DNA of 10,555 bases from an uncultured Dictyoglomota bacterium (GTDB taxonomy: Bacteria; Dictyoglomota; Dictyoglomia; Dictyoglomales; Dictyoglomaceae), in contig CAZZIO010000052.1 in assembly GCA_964654465.1 (NCBI GenBank), positions 1-10,555 on the forward strand, in the 5' to 3' direction. How positions within the stretch are numbered: the first letter of the stretch is position 1; each line of letters begins with the position of its first letter. A program made the position numbers and the translations under genes. Below the pieces are notes generated by a model. It was not told the origin of the DNA. It searched no databases and saw only the letters and a list, made by a program, of their open reading frames with translations. This document shows, piece by piece, positions 1 through 7,562 of this stretch.

Positions 1-2171
1 TCCCCTTTCCTCTCCACATCTATCCTGCTTATTAGATCATCAAGTACCTTCAAGTCCTCTTCCTTACCTTGGGCTATTAATAACCTCGTCTTACTATCAT
101 AACTTAAGCTTATGTTCTTTACTAATGCCCCTCCTACTCTCAAAATATCTTGTAAATCAATATATTTAAGAACATATAATTTAGTTAATATAGGCTGAAC
201 CACTGTAGGGGCTGTTTGTATTTCCTTAGGTTTAACATAATAGGTCTTCCCTACTTTTTCCATATCAAAATTGGCAAGCCTTTGTAAAATAGTAAGAACT
301 TCATCCAGTGGTACTTTATTTACAAATAGATCTACACTTCCTGAAATCTTTGGATCTATTACAAAATTAAACTCTGTTTTCTTTGCTATCTCTTGGAGTA
401 TATCTCTTATATCAGATTTTCTAAGATCTGCGGTAACATAATAAACATCACTAATTTTATCTATCTTAACAAGTTCTTTTATCTCTAAAATAGGTATTGA
501 AGGAGCTTCACCCTTAGGTACACTTACTATTATAAAACCTCCTTCTCTTATCTCATATGTGTATCCTAAACTTCTAATAATAAGATCTATAGCTCTATCT
601 AAGGAAACTTTGTTTAAGGTAAGATATAAACCTCCAGAAATATCTTTTGAAAATATTATATTCCTACCCGTTTTTTGTGCTATTTCTTGAAGAATATCTT
701 TAATATCTTCTCCCTTCGCATTAAGAGAAACAAGATATGTATCTTCAAACCTTTCAACTTGAACCTTACCTACTCCCTTTGTCTCGGCAACTTTTTCAGA
801 TGGTATATCTAAAATTTTGATGGCATTCTCTATCTTCGGAAATTCTGTTGATGGAGCTGAAACTATTAGCCAATTTCTCGTATCATCAGAATCAAAAATT
901 GCAGTTTTAGATGTTTTGGATAGAATTTCCTTAGCCTTTTGGCTTTCAAAATATCTAAGTTGATATACCTTTGTAACTAAATCTCTACTTTCAATTTTTT
1001 GAAGCTTATCAAGGTTCGCTACAATAATTACTTCTCCTTGTTCCACATATCCAAGATCCGATGATGCAAGTAAGGCGTAAAAAGCATCTCTAAATGGAAT
1101 ATCTTTTAAATAGACACTTATTCTTCCTTGGACACCAATATCCGTTATTATATTAAGTCCCGCCAACTGCCCCATTGCCTTTAAAACATCTCTTATTTCA
1201 GCCCTATCAAAAGAAACTGAAATCTTTTGCTGGAATTTATCTTTTACCTCTACAGGCTTAGGATGTTCCAATTTGGTTTCTACTTTTTGTTCTTCTTGTA
1301 CTTCTCTAGTTTTTATCTCAGTTATCTTTGGAGTCTCTTCCTTTTCTGGTGCTTCTATAGTCTTCTGACTCACAATCTTTGTGGTTGTTGGAACAACTTT
1401 GGCTAAAACATCTTCTGTCCCTATATATATTTTATTATCAGCTGATTTTGCAGATATTGCAGGAAAAGAAGTCTTCAAGTCAATTACTATCCTTGTAACA
1501 AACGGTTTAGTACTAAATTGAGAAGTTCTAATTGAAATAATAGGACTGGAATTTACAGATATAACCTTAGAGCCAAGTTTGTTTATCGTATCATTTAAAT
1601 CAATAACAAATCTTAAAGGATTTTTAAGGAGCGAGCTTTTAAAATCTGGGGCTTTATTAGAAAACTCTAACACTATAAGATTGGGCTTATAATTCTTATC
1701 AATCTTTATATTCAAAAGAGTATTTTCTATTGAAGAAATCTGTTTAATAGATGAAGTTTCTTCTTTGGAATAAGCACCTGAAGGACTTAGTGTAATTTTT
1801 AAAATTCCAGAAGTAGAAGTAACTGAATACTTAGGTAAGGATCCTATAAAATTTATTACAAGTATAGTATTATTTTTATTTTGAGAGAGTTCTAAATTAG
1901 TCAAAAATCCTTTATTTATTTCAACATTTTTTGATACAGTTTTTATCTGAGTATCATAAAAAGTTACCACAATTTTTGAGGCAGATTGTTTAATATCATA
2001 TTTTGGTACCGAAGTAGTTGAAAAATAAATATTTATATTTATGGTACCACCACTACCATCTTCTACTTGAATTCCCACTAAACTTTTTAAACTATTTTGA
2101 GCAAATATCCCCCCAATTAACAAAAAGTTTATAAACAGAATCAAAGAAATTAATTTTCTTATGTGAGACAA
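1..2171 (-). CDS. pilQ: Type IV pilus secretin PilQ-like outer-membrane protein, N-terminal 723 codons (truncated by the window edge)
   Basis: Translated by hand: open frame from TTG (2171-2169) to the window edge with no stop. GGAGG lies 8 nt upstream, within the last codons of the pilP-like gene. It begins with a Sec signal peptide (MSHIRKLISLILFINFLLIGGIFA|QN). Two AMIN-like domains follow, the second with typical motifs LKNPLRFVIDL and IRTSQFSTKPFVTRIVIDL. Then come N0/STN-like domains (ISVSFDRAEIRDVLKAMGQLAGLNII...V.G.ISV.L.DIP) and Secretin_N-like domains (TKVYQLRY...DTRNWLIV...IKILD). It sits directly after pilMNOP. The C-terminal secretin domain is not visible in the window. Confidence 0.88.
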   Translation of the reverse strand, partial: MSHIRKLISLILFINFLLIGGIFAQNSLKSLVGIQVEDGSGGTININIYFSTTSVPKYDIKQSASKIVVTFYDTQIKTVSKNVEINKGFLTNLELSQNKNNTILVINFIGSLPKYSVTSTSGILKITLSPSGAYSKEETSSIKQISSIENTLLNIKIDKNYKPNLIVLEFSNKAPDFKSSLLKNPLRFVIDLNDTINKLGSKVISVNSSPIISIRTSQFSTKPFVTRIVIDLKTSFPAISAKSADNKIYIGTEDVLAKVVPTTTKIVSQKTIEAPEKEETPKITEIKTREVQEEQKVETKLEHPKPVEVKDKFQQKISVSFDRAEIRDVLKAMGQLAGLNIITDIGVQGRISVYLKDIPFRDAFYALLASSDLGYVEQGEVIIVANLDKLQKIESRDLVTKVYQLRYFESQKAKEILSKTSKTAIFDSDDTRNWLIVSAPSTEFPKIENAIKILDIPSEKVAETKGVGKVQVERFEDTYLVSLNAKGEDIKDILQEIAQKTGRNIIFSKDISGGLYLTLNKVSLDRAIDLIIRSLGYTYEIREGGFIIVSVPKGEAPSIPILEIKELVKIDKISDVYYVTADLRKSDIRDILQEIAKKTEFNFVIDPKISGSVDLFVNKVPLDEVLTILQRLANFDMEKVGKTYYVKPKEIQTAPTVVQPILTKLYVLKYIDLQDILRVGGALVKNISLSYDSKTRLLIAQGKEEDLKVLDDLISRIDVERKG

Positions 2172-2172
2172 A

Positions 2173-2745
2173 CTATTCACCTCCCAGTTTAATAGTAGTT
2201 GTTTCTTTTCCTTTCCTTAAAATTACCGAATTTTCCAAGATCTTTTCCAGGTATATATCCCCCCTAAACAATTCTCCTTCTCTTATGATATAGCCCCTAT
2301 CACCTTCTTCTATAATCGCATAACTTTTATCCCAACTTCTTATTATTCCTGTAAGCTTAAAATTGCTATACCAAGTTTTAGTAACAGAAGAAGACTGTGG
2401 TACTATAGAAATTCTCGTAGTTGCTTGAGGTAAAGACGATATCTTAGGCTGTGGTTTTGGATTTAAGTCAATAACAGGTAAAAAAGGATTACTTCTTCCT
2501 AAAGCAACATTTGAATAAGTAAAGACTACTCCTATTTGTTCAGTAAGAGTTTCTAATATTTCAGCAAAAGTATAAGTACCTGTTGTAGTTTTTGCCTTAG
2601 GTGTTGTTATAACAGGTTCCTCTTGGGGAGTTAATACATAATTTGCCACAATATAGTATCCTCCAATCGCACCTACAATAATAAAAAGACTTATAAGGAC
2701 TATTAATCTTTGTTTTGGATCATTAAATATACTTTTAATATCCAT
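2173..2745 (-). CDS. PilP/GspC-like pilus alignment protein (N-terminal TM anchor, RxNPF motif, C-terminal HR-like beta domain)
   Basis: Lies between pilO and pilQ. GRSNPF resembles the PilP RDPF/RNPF motif. The C-terminal FKLTGII...YAIIEE...IIREGE...LEKILENSVIL segment matches the PilP/GspC HR-fold pattern. It has one TM helix and no lipobox cysteine. Confidence 0.75.
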   Translation of the reverse strand: MDIKSIFNDPKQRLIVLISLFIIVGAIGGYYIVANYVLTPQEEPVITTPKAKTTTGTYTFAEILETLTEQIGVVFTYSNVALGRSNPFLPVIDLNPKPQPKISSLPQATTRISIVPQSSSVTKTWYSNFKLTGIIRSWDKSYAIIEEGDRGYIIREGELFRGDIYLEKILENSVILRKGKETTTIKLGGE

Positions 2746-2755
2746 ATTTCCCCAC

Positions 2756-3328
2756 CTATTTAATTATAAATGTAGACAATATGAAGGAAAATTTTAGTTC
2801 TTTAGCAGTTGTATCTACAGGATCAATTTTTAAATCCTTTAAAAGAATAATACGAGGTGCTGTCTTTAGCTTAGCTAAAAATAAGAGAAATCCACCATAA
2901 CCACCTTGTAAGTCCACACTATAATTTCTTTCTTCATAAAGAGGTTTTGGAGCCTCTTTTTTCCCCTCTTGTGAGGTAGGCTGAGGTTGTTCTTGTACTT
3001 GAATTGGCTTAAAACTATTTACAGAAAGCTTTGATTCTTTACATATAGTCTCTACAAAAGCTAAAAGATGAGGAAGATCTTCCTTTGTAGGTAACTTCTG
3101 TTGTAATTCAGCAAATTTCTGCAAAGATTCTTTAAATTTCTCCCACTCTTCTAAGCTCTTTTTGTAATTCAGCTGATACTTAAGAAGCATCTGACGATTA
3201 TTATCAATGCTTTCCACTAATGTGTTTTTTTCATTCTCTAAAGATTTATATACAAGAAAGTAAAATCCAACAACAATAACAAATAAAAAAATACCTATAA
3301 TTATCCATATATTTATATTTGGTTTCAT
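2756..3328 (-). CDS. pilO: Type IV pilus assembly protein PilO
   Basis: N-terminal TM, coiled coil, then the PilO-typical LP...LP.LL and ferredoxin-like tail (V.LQGGYGGFLLFLAKLKTAPRII). ATGA overlap with pilN. Confidence 0.9.
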   Translation of the reverse strand: MKPNINIWIIIGIFLFVIVVGFYFLVYKSLENEKNTLVESIDNNRQMLLKYQLNYKKSLEEWEKFKESLQKFAELQQKLPTKEDLPHLLAFVETICKESKLSVNSFKPIQVQEQPQPTSQEGKKEAPKPLYEERNYSVDLQGGYGGFLLFLAKLKTAPRIILLKDLKIDPVDTTAKELKFSFILSTFIIK

Positions 3329-3879
3329 CTTTCACCCCTCTTATACTGAGCAGCTATCCTAAAATTAATAGCAATAACTGGAGGCTGTCCAACCTTCTGA
3401 GCAAAACCCAAGGTAATTTTATCCATAAGATTGGTTTTTTCTAATTGATCTAAAAAAATTGCTATATCTTTGTAGCTTACAGCAAATCCCTCGATATTTA
3501 CATTATCTGAAGAATCTAAGCTAAAACTTTTAATCCAAAGATTTTTAGGAGTAATTCCATTTATAGTCTCAAAAATATCAACCCAAGATATCTCTTTAGA
3601 AGAAATCTCATTTAATAAATTTATCTTTTCTTCATATTGTTTTTTTATGTCTTGCAATTTTTGTAATTCTTTTATTCTTATTTTAAGATCATTTATTTGG
3701 GCTTCAAGAGAAGTATTTTCGTTTCTTAAATTATTAACTTCAGATGAAAGATTAAAATAAAGAACAATCTCTCCAAATAGAAGTAATATCCCAATCACAG
3801 TAATAAGAATACCTAAAAAGGGAATTCTTATTGCCTCTTTTTTCTTAGCTTCCTTCGGTAAAAGGTTAATCTTAAACAT
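3325..3879 (-). CDS. pilN: Type IV pilus assembly protein PilN
   Basis: Diagnostic N-terminal INLLP (PilM-binding) motif, TM helix, coiled coil and the P.NLWI...IEGFA....IA.F...LE core. Confidence 0.93.
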   Translation of the reverse strand: MFKINLLPKEAKKKEAIRIPFLGILITVIGILLLFGEIVLYFNLSSEVNNLRNENTSLEAQINDLKIRIKELQKLQDIKKQYEEKINLLNEISSKEISWVDIFETINGITPKNLWIKSFSLDSSDNVNIEGFAVSYKDIAIFLDQLEKTNLMDKITLGFAQKVGQPPVIAINFRIAAQYKRGER

Positions 3880-3883
3880 ATTC

Positions 3884-4876
3884 CTACATCCTTCCCCAGA
3901 AAAATAGTCCTATAGGTACTACCCAAGAAGAAAGATCTTCTAAAAATGATTTATCTTGCTTTTTTGCATTTACTATTACGTCAGAGCTAAGAGTCAATGG
4001 GGCTACTTCTGATGGTACATTTAAGAGAGCCTCTAAAAGATCCACAAAATCTTTATTTTTAGCATTGCTTCCCATAACTATAGCTTGATCTATATGTTCC
4101 TCTGGAAACTGTAGAAAGAAAAAATTAATAGATTCTTGAATTTTTCTTACAAAATCTTCCAAAATAAAAGACTTTGTAAGCTCATCTACTCCTTCTTCAT
4201 GTGGATTCCATTCTTCCATAATAGTGCTTCTAAAAAATATGGGTTGATTATCCTTTAGCACAACAAATTCTGCAATATTATCGTGAGTATACAAGAACAA
4301 GGTATTACCCTTAGGAAGCTCTTTTCTATTAAATACTACTGATCTTACAGCCGAAAAAATACTTATATCTACTACCTCTAAATTTAGCCCTAAGGATTTT
4401 ACTATCTCCAAATATGGATTTATGACTTCTTTTGGTACTGCAACCAGCATTACTTTACATTCTTTACTTCCTTCCCTCTCTATTACATCAATAATCTCTA
4501 AATCGTACACTATATCTTCCTCAGAAAATGGAATATACCTATCAAGCTCCCATTTTATGGCCTCTCTAAGTTCTTCTTCTGGCATATAAGTAAAATTAAA
4601 AAATCTTACCACCACATTTAAAGATGGTATAGCTATATATGTTTTTGGGTTCTTTACTTTCAATACTTTTAAGTCCTTTTTGAGAGTTTCTACTATTTTG
4701 GAAATATCTAAGGATTGACCCCCTTGAAAAATGTCAGGTGAAAAAAGAAAAGAAACTGCATTTTTAATTACAATCTTCTTATCTTTTCTCCTCCCCCCAT
4801 ATACTAATCTTACAGGATTTCCTAATTCAATACTCAAAATAGGCTCTTCTGAAGAAAATAAATTAAAAATCCCCAT
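3884..4876 (-). CDS. pilM: Type IV pilus assembly protein PilM (actin/FtsA-like fold; nucleotide motifs degenerate)
   Basis: PilM motifs ELREAIKWELDRYIPF...YD, VMLVAVPK, GLNLEVVD and IQESINFF. First gene of the MNOPQ block. Confidence 0.9.
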   Translation of the reverse strand: MGIFNLFSSEEPILSIELGNPVRLVYGGRRKDKKIVIKNAVSFLFSPDIFQGGQSLDISKIVETLKKDLKVLKVKNPKTYIAIPSLNVVVRFFNFTYMPEEELREAIKWELDRYIPFSEEDIVYDLEIIDVIEREGSKECKVMLVAVPKEVINPYLEIVKSLGLNLEVVDISIFSAVRSVVFNRKELPKGNTLFLYTHDNIAEFVVLKDNQPIFFRSTIMEEWNPHEEGVDELTKSFILEDFVRKIQESINFFFLQFPEEHIDQAIVMGSNAKNKDFVDLLEALLNVPSEVAPLTLSSDVIVNAKKQDKSFLEDLSSWVVPIGLFFWGRM

Positions 4877-4914
4877 CTTTCCCTTCCTTTCAACCTCTCC
4901 CTGAATAAGATTTT

Positions 4915-4943
4915 ATTTTAATACAAAAGATATAAATAGACAA
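4915..4943 (-). promoter_or_regulatory. Putative sigma70/sigmaA promoter for pilMNOPQ
   Basis: On the minus strand, TTGTCT (4943-4938), a 17-nt spacer and TAAAAT (4920-4915). It lies in the only sizeable intergenic gap (72 bp) of the cluster, 38 nt upstream of the pilM ATG. Confidence 0.6.
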
Positions 4944-4948
4944 CTCTT

Positions 4949-6151
4949 TTAAAATTCATTCCATGAAAGAATCTTTAATTTTGTCTTTGTAGCTTTTACT
5001 ACATTTGTTATGCCATGAGATTGCATGATATTTTCGATATAACTTCTATTGTGTTTTATAGTACTATTACCTCCAATTCTTACAGCCTCACCTATACTGG
5101 TACCTTCTATAATAGGATCTCCAAATATAGAAAGATCATCTGTAACAGAGTCAACTTTTGCTGCATATAATATCCCCCTTATTTTATTCCCAGTACCTGT
5201 AATCTTTACATCTCCTTTTACAATAACCATCCCTTGAAACTCAACATTCCCAGCCATCCTAGCATTACCATCTATATATATCACCAACGTCCATGTCAAC
5301 CAAGTATTAGTGGCAGAATTGTACCAATTAGGATTACTCTTTGCATAATCAACTAAATTCTTTAAATCTACTATTCCCCCAGATCTGTAAAGACCTTGTG
5401 ACATAGCTACCCCTTTAAGATAATCCTCATTTAAGGTTGGCATAGAAAGGGAATTATCATTTGCAATAACGTCTATTCCTAATACAGGAGAATAAGAACC
5501 ATTTATAAGTGGAGGATTACTTAAATCTACAGGACCATTAGAATATATTGCAGTATCAAAAGTCCCATCAGGCAATCTCTCTCCTTCAATAACTGCAGCT
5601 TTTCCAGAAAAATTAACAGAAGTTCCTGCAAAGACTGCAAATTTAAATGGATCAAGAGTTATTTCAGTATTATTCCCATATACTTCAAGTTTCCTAATAA
5701 CCCTATAATTATCTATGGATGGTACATAGCCTTCACATCTTATCTTATATATGGGATAATCGATTAAAACTCCTCCTGAATTTAATTTTGAAAAGGTATA
5801 TGAAACAGTAACATTATATTCACCAACAGATATAGAACCTATATTATAGCTAAATTTAAATAAATCTCCGTTAGTATAAGTCATTGTATAGGATAATAGA
5901 TTACTACTGTTGTCTATTCTTCTTAAAGTAAGGGTCAAAAATGCTAAATCTGGGTTAGAATTTATTATATAAAAAGCCTGTTGAAGACCTGATTGAGCTA
6001 AATAAAAGGCTTGATTACTCTCAAGAGTCCTTCTTGTAATAACATTTTCTGAGGGTATAAGTTGAACAATAATTAACCCCAATACAAATATAAAGATAAC
6101 GATACTCATTAATATCACTAATTGTCCCTTTTCTTTATTATTAGAAAACAT
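4949..6151 (-). CDS. PilX/GspK-like tip minor pilin with a large C-terminal beta-rich domain
   Basis: Basic leader ending KEKG, then a hydrophobic helix lacking Glu5 (QLVILMSIVIFIF), as is typical of PilX/GspK. PilX N-terminal motif QAFYLAQSG and C-terminal SWxE (ILSWNEF). Last of four minor pilins. Confidence 0.82.
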   Translation of the reverse strand: MFSNNKEKGQLVILMSIVIFIFVLGLIIVQLIPSENVITRRTLESNQAFYLAQSGLQQAFYIINSNPDLAFLTLTLRRIDNSSNLLSYTMTYTNGDLFKFSYNIGSISVGEYNVTVSYTFSKLNSGGVLIDYPIYKIRCEGYVPSIDNYRVIRKLEVYGNNTEITLDPFKFAVFAGTSVNFSGKAAVIEGERLPDGTFDTAIYSNGPVDLSNPPLINGSYSPVLGIDVIANDNSLSMPTLNEDYLKGVAMSQGLYRSGGIVDLKNLVDYAKSNPNWYNSATNTWLTWTLVIYIDGNARMAGNVEFQGMVIVKGDVKITGTGNKIRGILYAAKVDSVTDDLSIFGDPIIEGTSIGEAVRIGGNSTIKHNRSYIENIMQSHGITNVVKATKTKLKILSWNEF

Positions 6152-6164
6152 TTTTTTCTTCCCC

Positions 6165-6719
6165 CTATTTTAAGTAATAAGTGTTTTTTATAGGGAGAAA
6201 TATTGAAAAAGTCAAGGTATAATCAACAACATTATCTTTATTTCCGTCAAATTTAAGTACCACTTGAACAATTTGAGCATTCCTTGGAGAAACAATATTC
6301 CCAGAATCATCATAATAAAAAAATATAGGAGGTATAACCTTGAAATCACTTTCTGTTAGGGGATTATTACCTACCCATAAGTTCCCCTGTTTTACTTGTC
6401 TTCTGAGAATACCATTATTATCTATATAATATCTTATAGTAGATAATGTAGACGAAATAGGATTAGTACTAAAGTCATAATAAGTATAACTAAATATTAA
6501 ATTACCACCATCTGAAGTACTATCAATAATAGATGCTTTTTTAACTTCCCTAATAAGTCTCTCTGCCACTAATCTTGCATTTCTTTGATATTGTATCTTT
6601 TTATTTATAAACTGATATCCTAAGGAACCTGTGGTTAAGAAACTCACCACAAGAGCAACTATTATAAGGGATATGGAAACACCAATTAAAAGTTCAATTA
6701 AAGTAAAGCCCTTTTTCAT
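6165..6719 (-). CDS. Minor pilin, PilW/GspJ-like
   Basis: Class III signal MKKG|FTLIELLIG, the PilW/GspJ-type L.REV..A motif and IRYY...LRR. Third position in the minor pilin block. Confidence 0.85.
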   Translation of the reverse strand: MKKGFTLIELLIGVSISLIIVALVVSFLTTGSLGYQFINKKIQYQRNARLVAERLIREVKKASIIDSTSDGGNLIFSYTYYDFSTNPISSTLSTIRYYIDNNGILRRQVKQGNLWVGNNPLTESDFKVIPPIFFYYDDSGNIVSPRNAQIVQVVLKFDGNKDNVVDYTLTFSIFLPIKNTYYLK

Positions 6720-7108
6720 AATTTAGCCCTAAAAAATTCAATTCTAAATTCTTTATTTTCTTTACCTTCAATCCAAGATGCTTCTAATCTTATGAATCTT
6801 CCCCATGTAAGAGTATTATCTATTGTACATGTAATAGTATATACCATGTTTTTATCCTTTACAACCTTAGGATAATTAGAAGTTATATAGCTATCTAAAA
6901 TAGTATAACTTTTTGAAAAAATTAACTCTGCCTCTTTTGAAAGGATATAGTTAGCATTAATAAGGTTCTCTACCTTCGGAGCATTATAAAAAGTTACAAA
7001 ATACATTTGTAAAATTCCTACGATTGCTATTAAAAGTACCGCTCCAGCTATCAATGCCTCTAATACACTAAAACCACTATATTTACTAATCTTCTGGCAT
7101 TTTATCAC
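6716..7108 (-). CDS. Minor pilin, PilV/GspI-like
   Basis: Class III signal KYSG|FSVLEALIA, short globular domain with an xxW beta-strand (RLEASW) near the C-terminus. Second position in the block. Confidence 0.82.
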   Translation of the reverse strand: MIKCQKISKYSGFSVLEALIAGAVLLIAIVGILQMYFVTFYNAPKVENLINANYILSKEAELIFSKSYTILDSYITSNYPKVVKDKNMVYTITCTIDNTLTWGRFIRLEASWIEGKENKEFRIEFFRAKL

Positions 7109-7562
7109 TTATATATATCCTCCCTGTAGCAGGAGTTACTACTACATATTTTCTCATATTTTTATACCTTATTACAACAGTTCCCCCTGAAGAAGGAATT
7201 CCCAGCCTATTAAAGTAAACATACTCATTTACTCCAAAAACTGAAGAAACAAGATCTATATTTTCTTCTCTCAGATCAATTATTTTCGTAATTTTATAAA
7301 AATTACTTTTTTTATCATAACATTTTAAAACAATCTTGTCTATAGAAGGAAAGAAAAATAAAATGTTTGGAGTACCCTCATCACAAGAATATGCACTATC
7401 TCTAAGTTCTACAAGCTCTTTTAATATTAATATAGCACAACTATTCAGATTAGCTCTATCTAAGCTTGCAATTGTAACATGGAAAGAAATATAGGATAAA
7501 ATTCCAATAATAATAACAGTTATTAAAAGTTCTATCAGTGTATATCCGTTTAAATTTGTCAT
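7086..7562 (-). CDS. Minor pilin, FimT/FimU/GspH/ComGD-like
   Basis: Class III signal NG|YTLIELLIT. The C-terminal YFNRLGIPSSGGTVVI...VVVTPATGRI matches the FxxxG...GR tail of GspH/FimT/ComGD. ATGA overlap with pilD. Confidence 0.85.
   Translation of the reverse strand: MTNLNGYTLIELLITVIIIGILSYISFHVTIASLDRANLNSCAILILKELVELRDSAYSCDEGTPNILFFFPSIDKIVLKCYDKKSNFYKITKIIDLREENIDLVSSVFGVNEYVYFNRLGIPSSGGTVVIRYKNMRKYVVVTPATGRIYISDKMPED

Noticed and set aside
2109-2114. G6 run (minus strand) in the pilQ signal peptide as a slippage switch
   Set aside because: It is too short for typical phase variation and simply encodes Gly-Gly in frame.
2950-3005. Gln/Pro/Glu-rich insert in PilO (QVQEQPQPTSQEGKKEAPKP)
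   Set aside because: Variable low-complexity loops are common at this position in PilO. There is no DNA-level tandem repeat.
5049-5237. 62-aa plus-strand ORF in the ORF track
   Set aside because: It is entirely antisense to the PilX-like gene, with a non-ATG start, no RBS and no recognisable motif. It is a shadow ORF.
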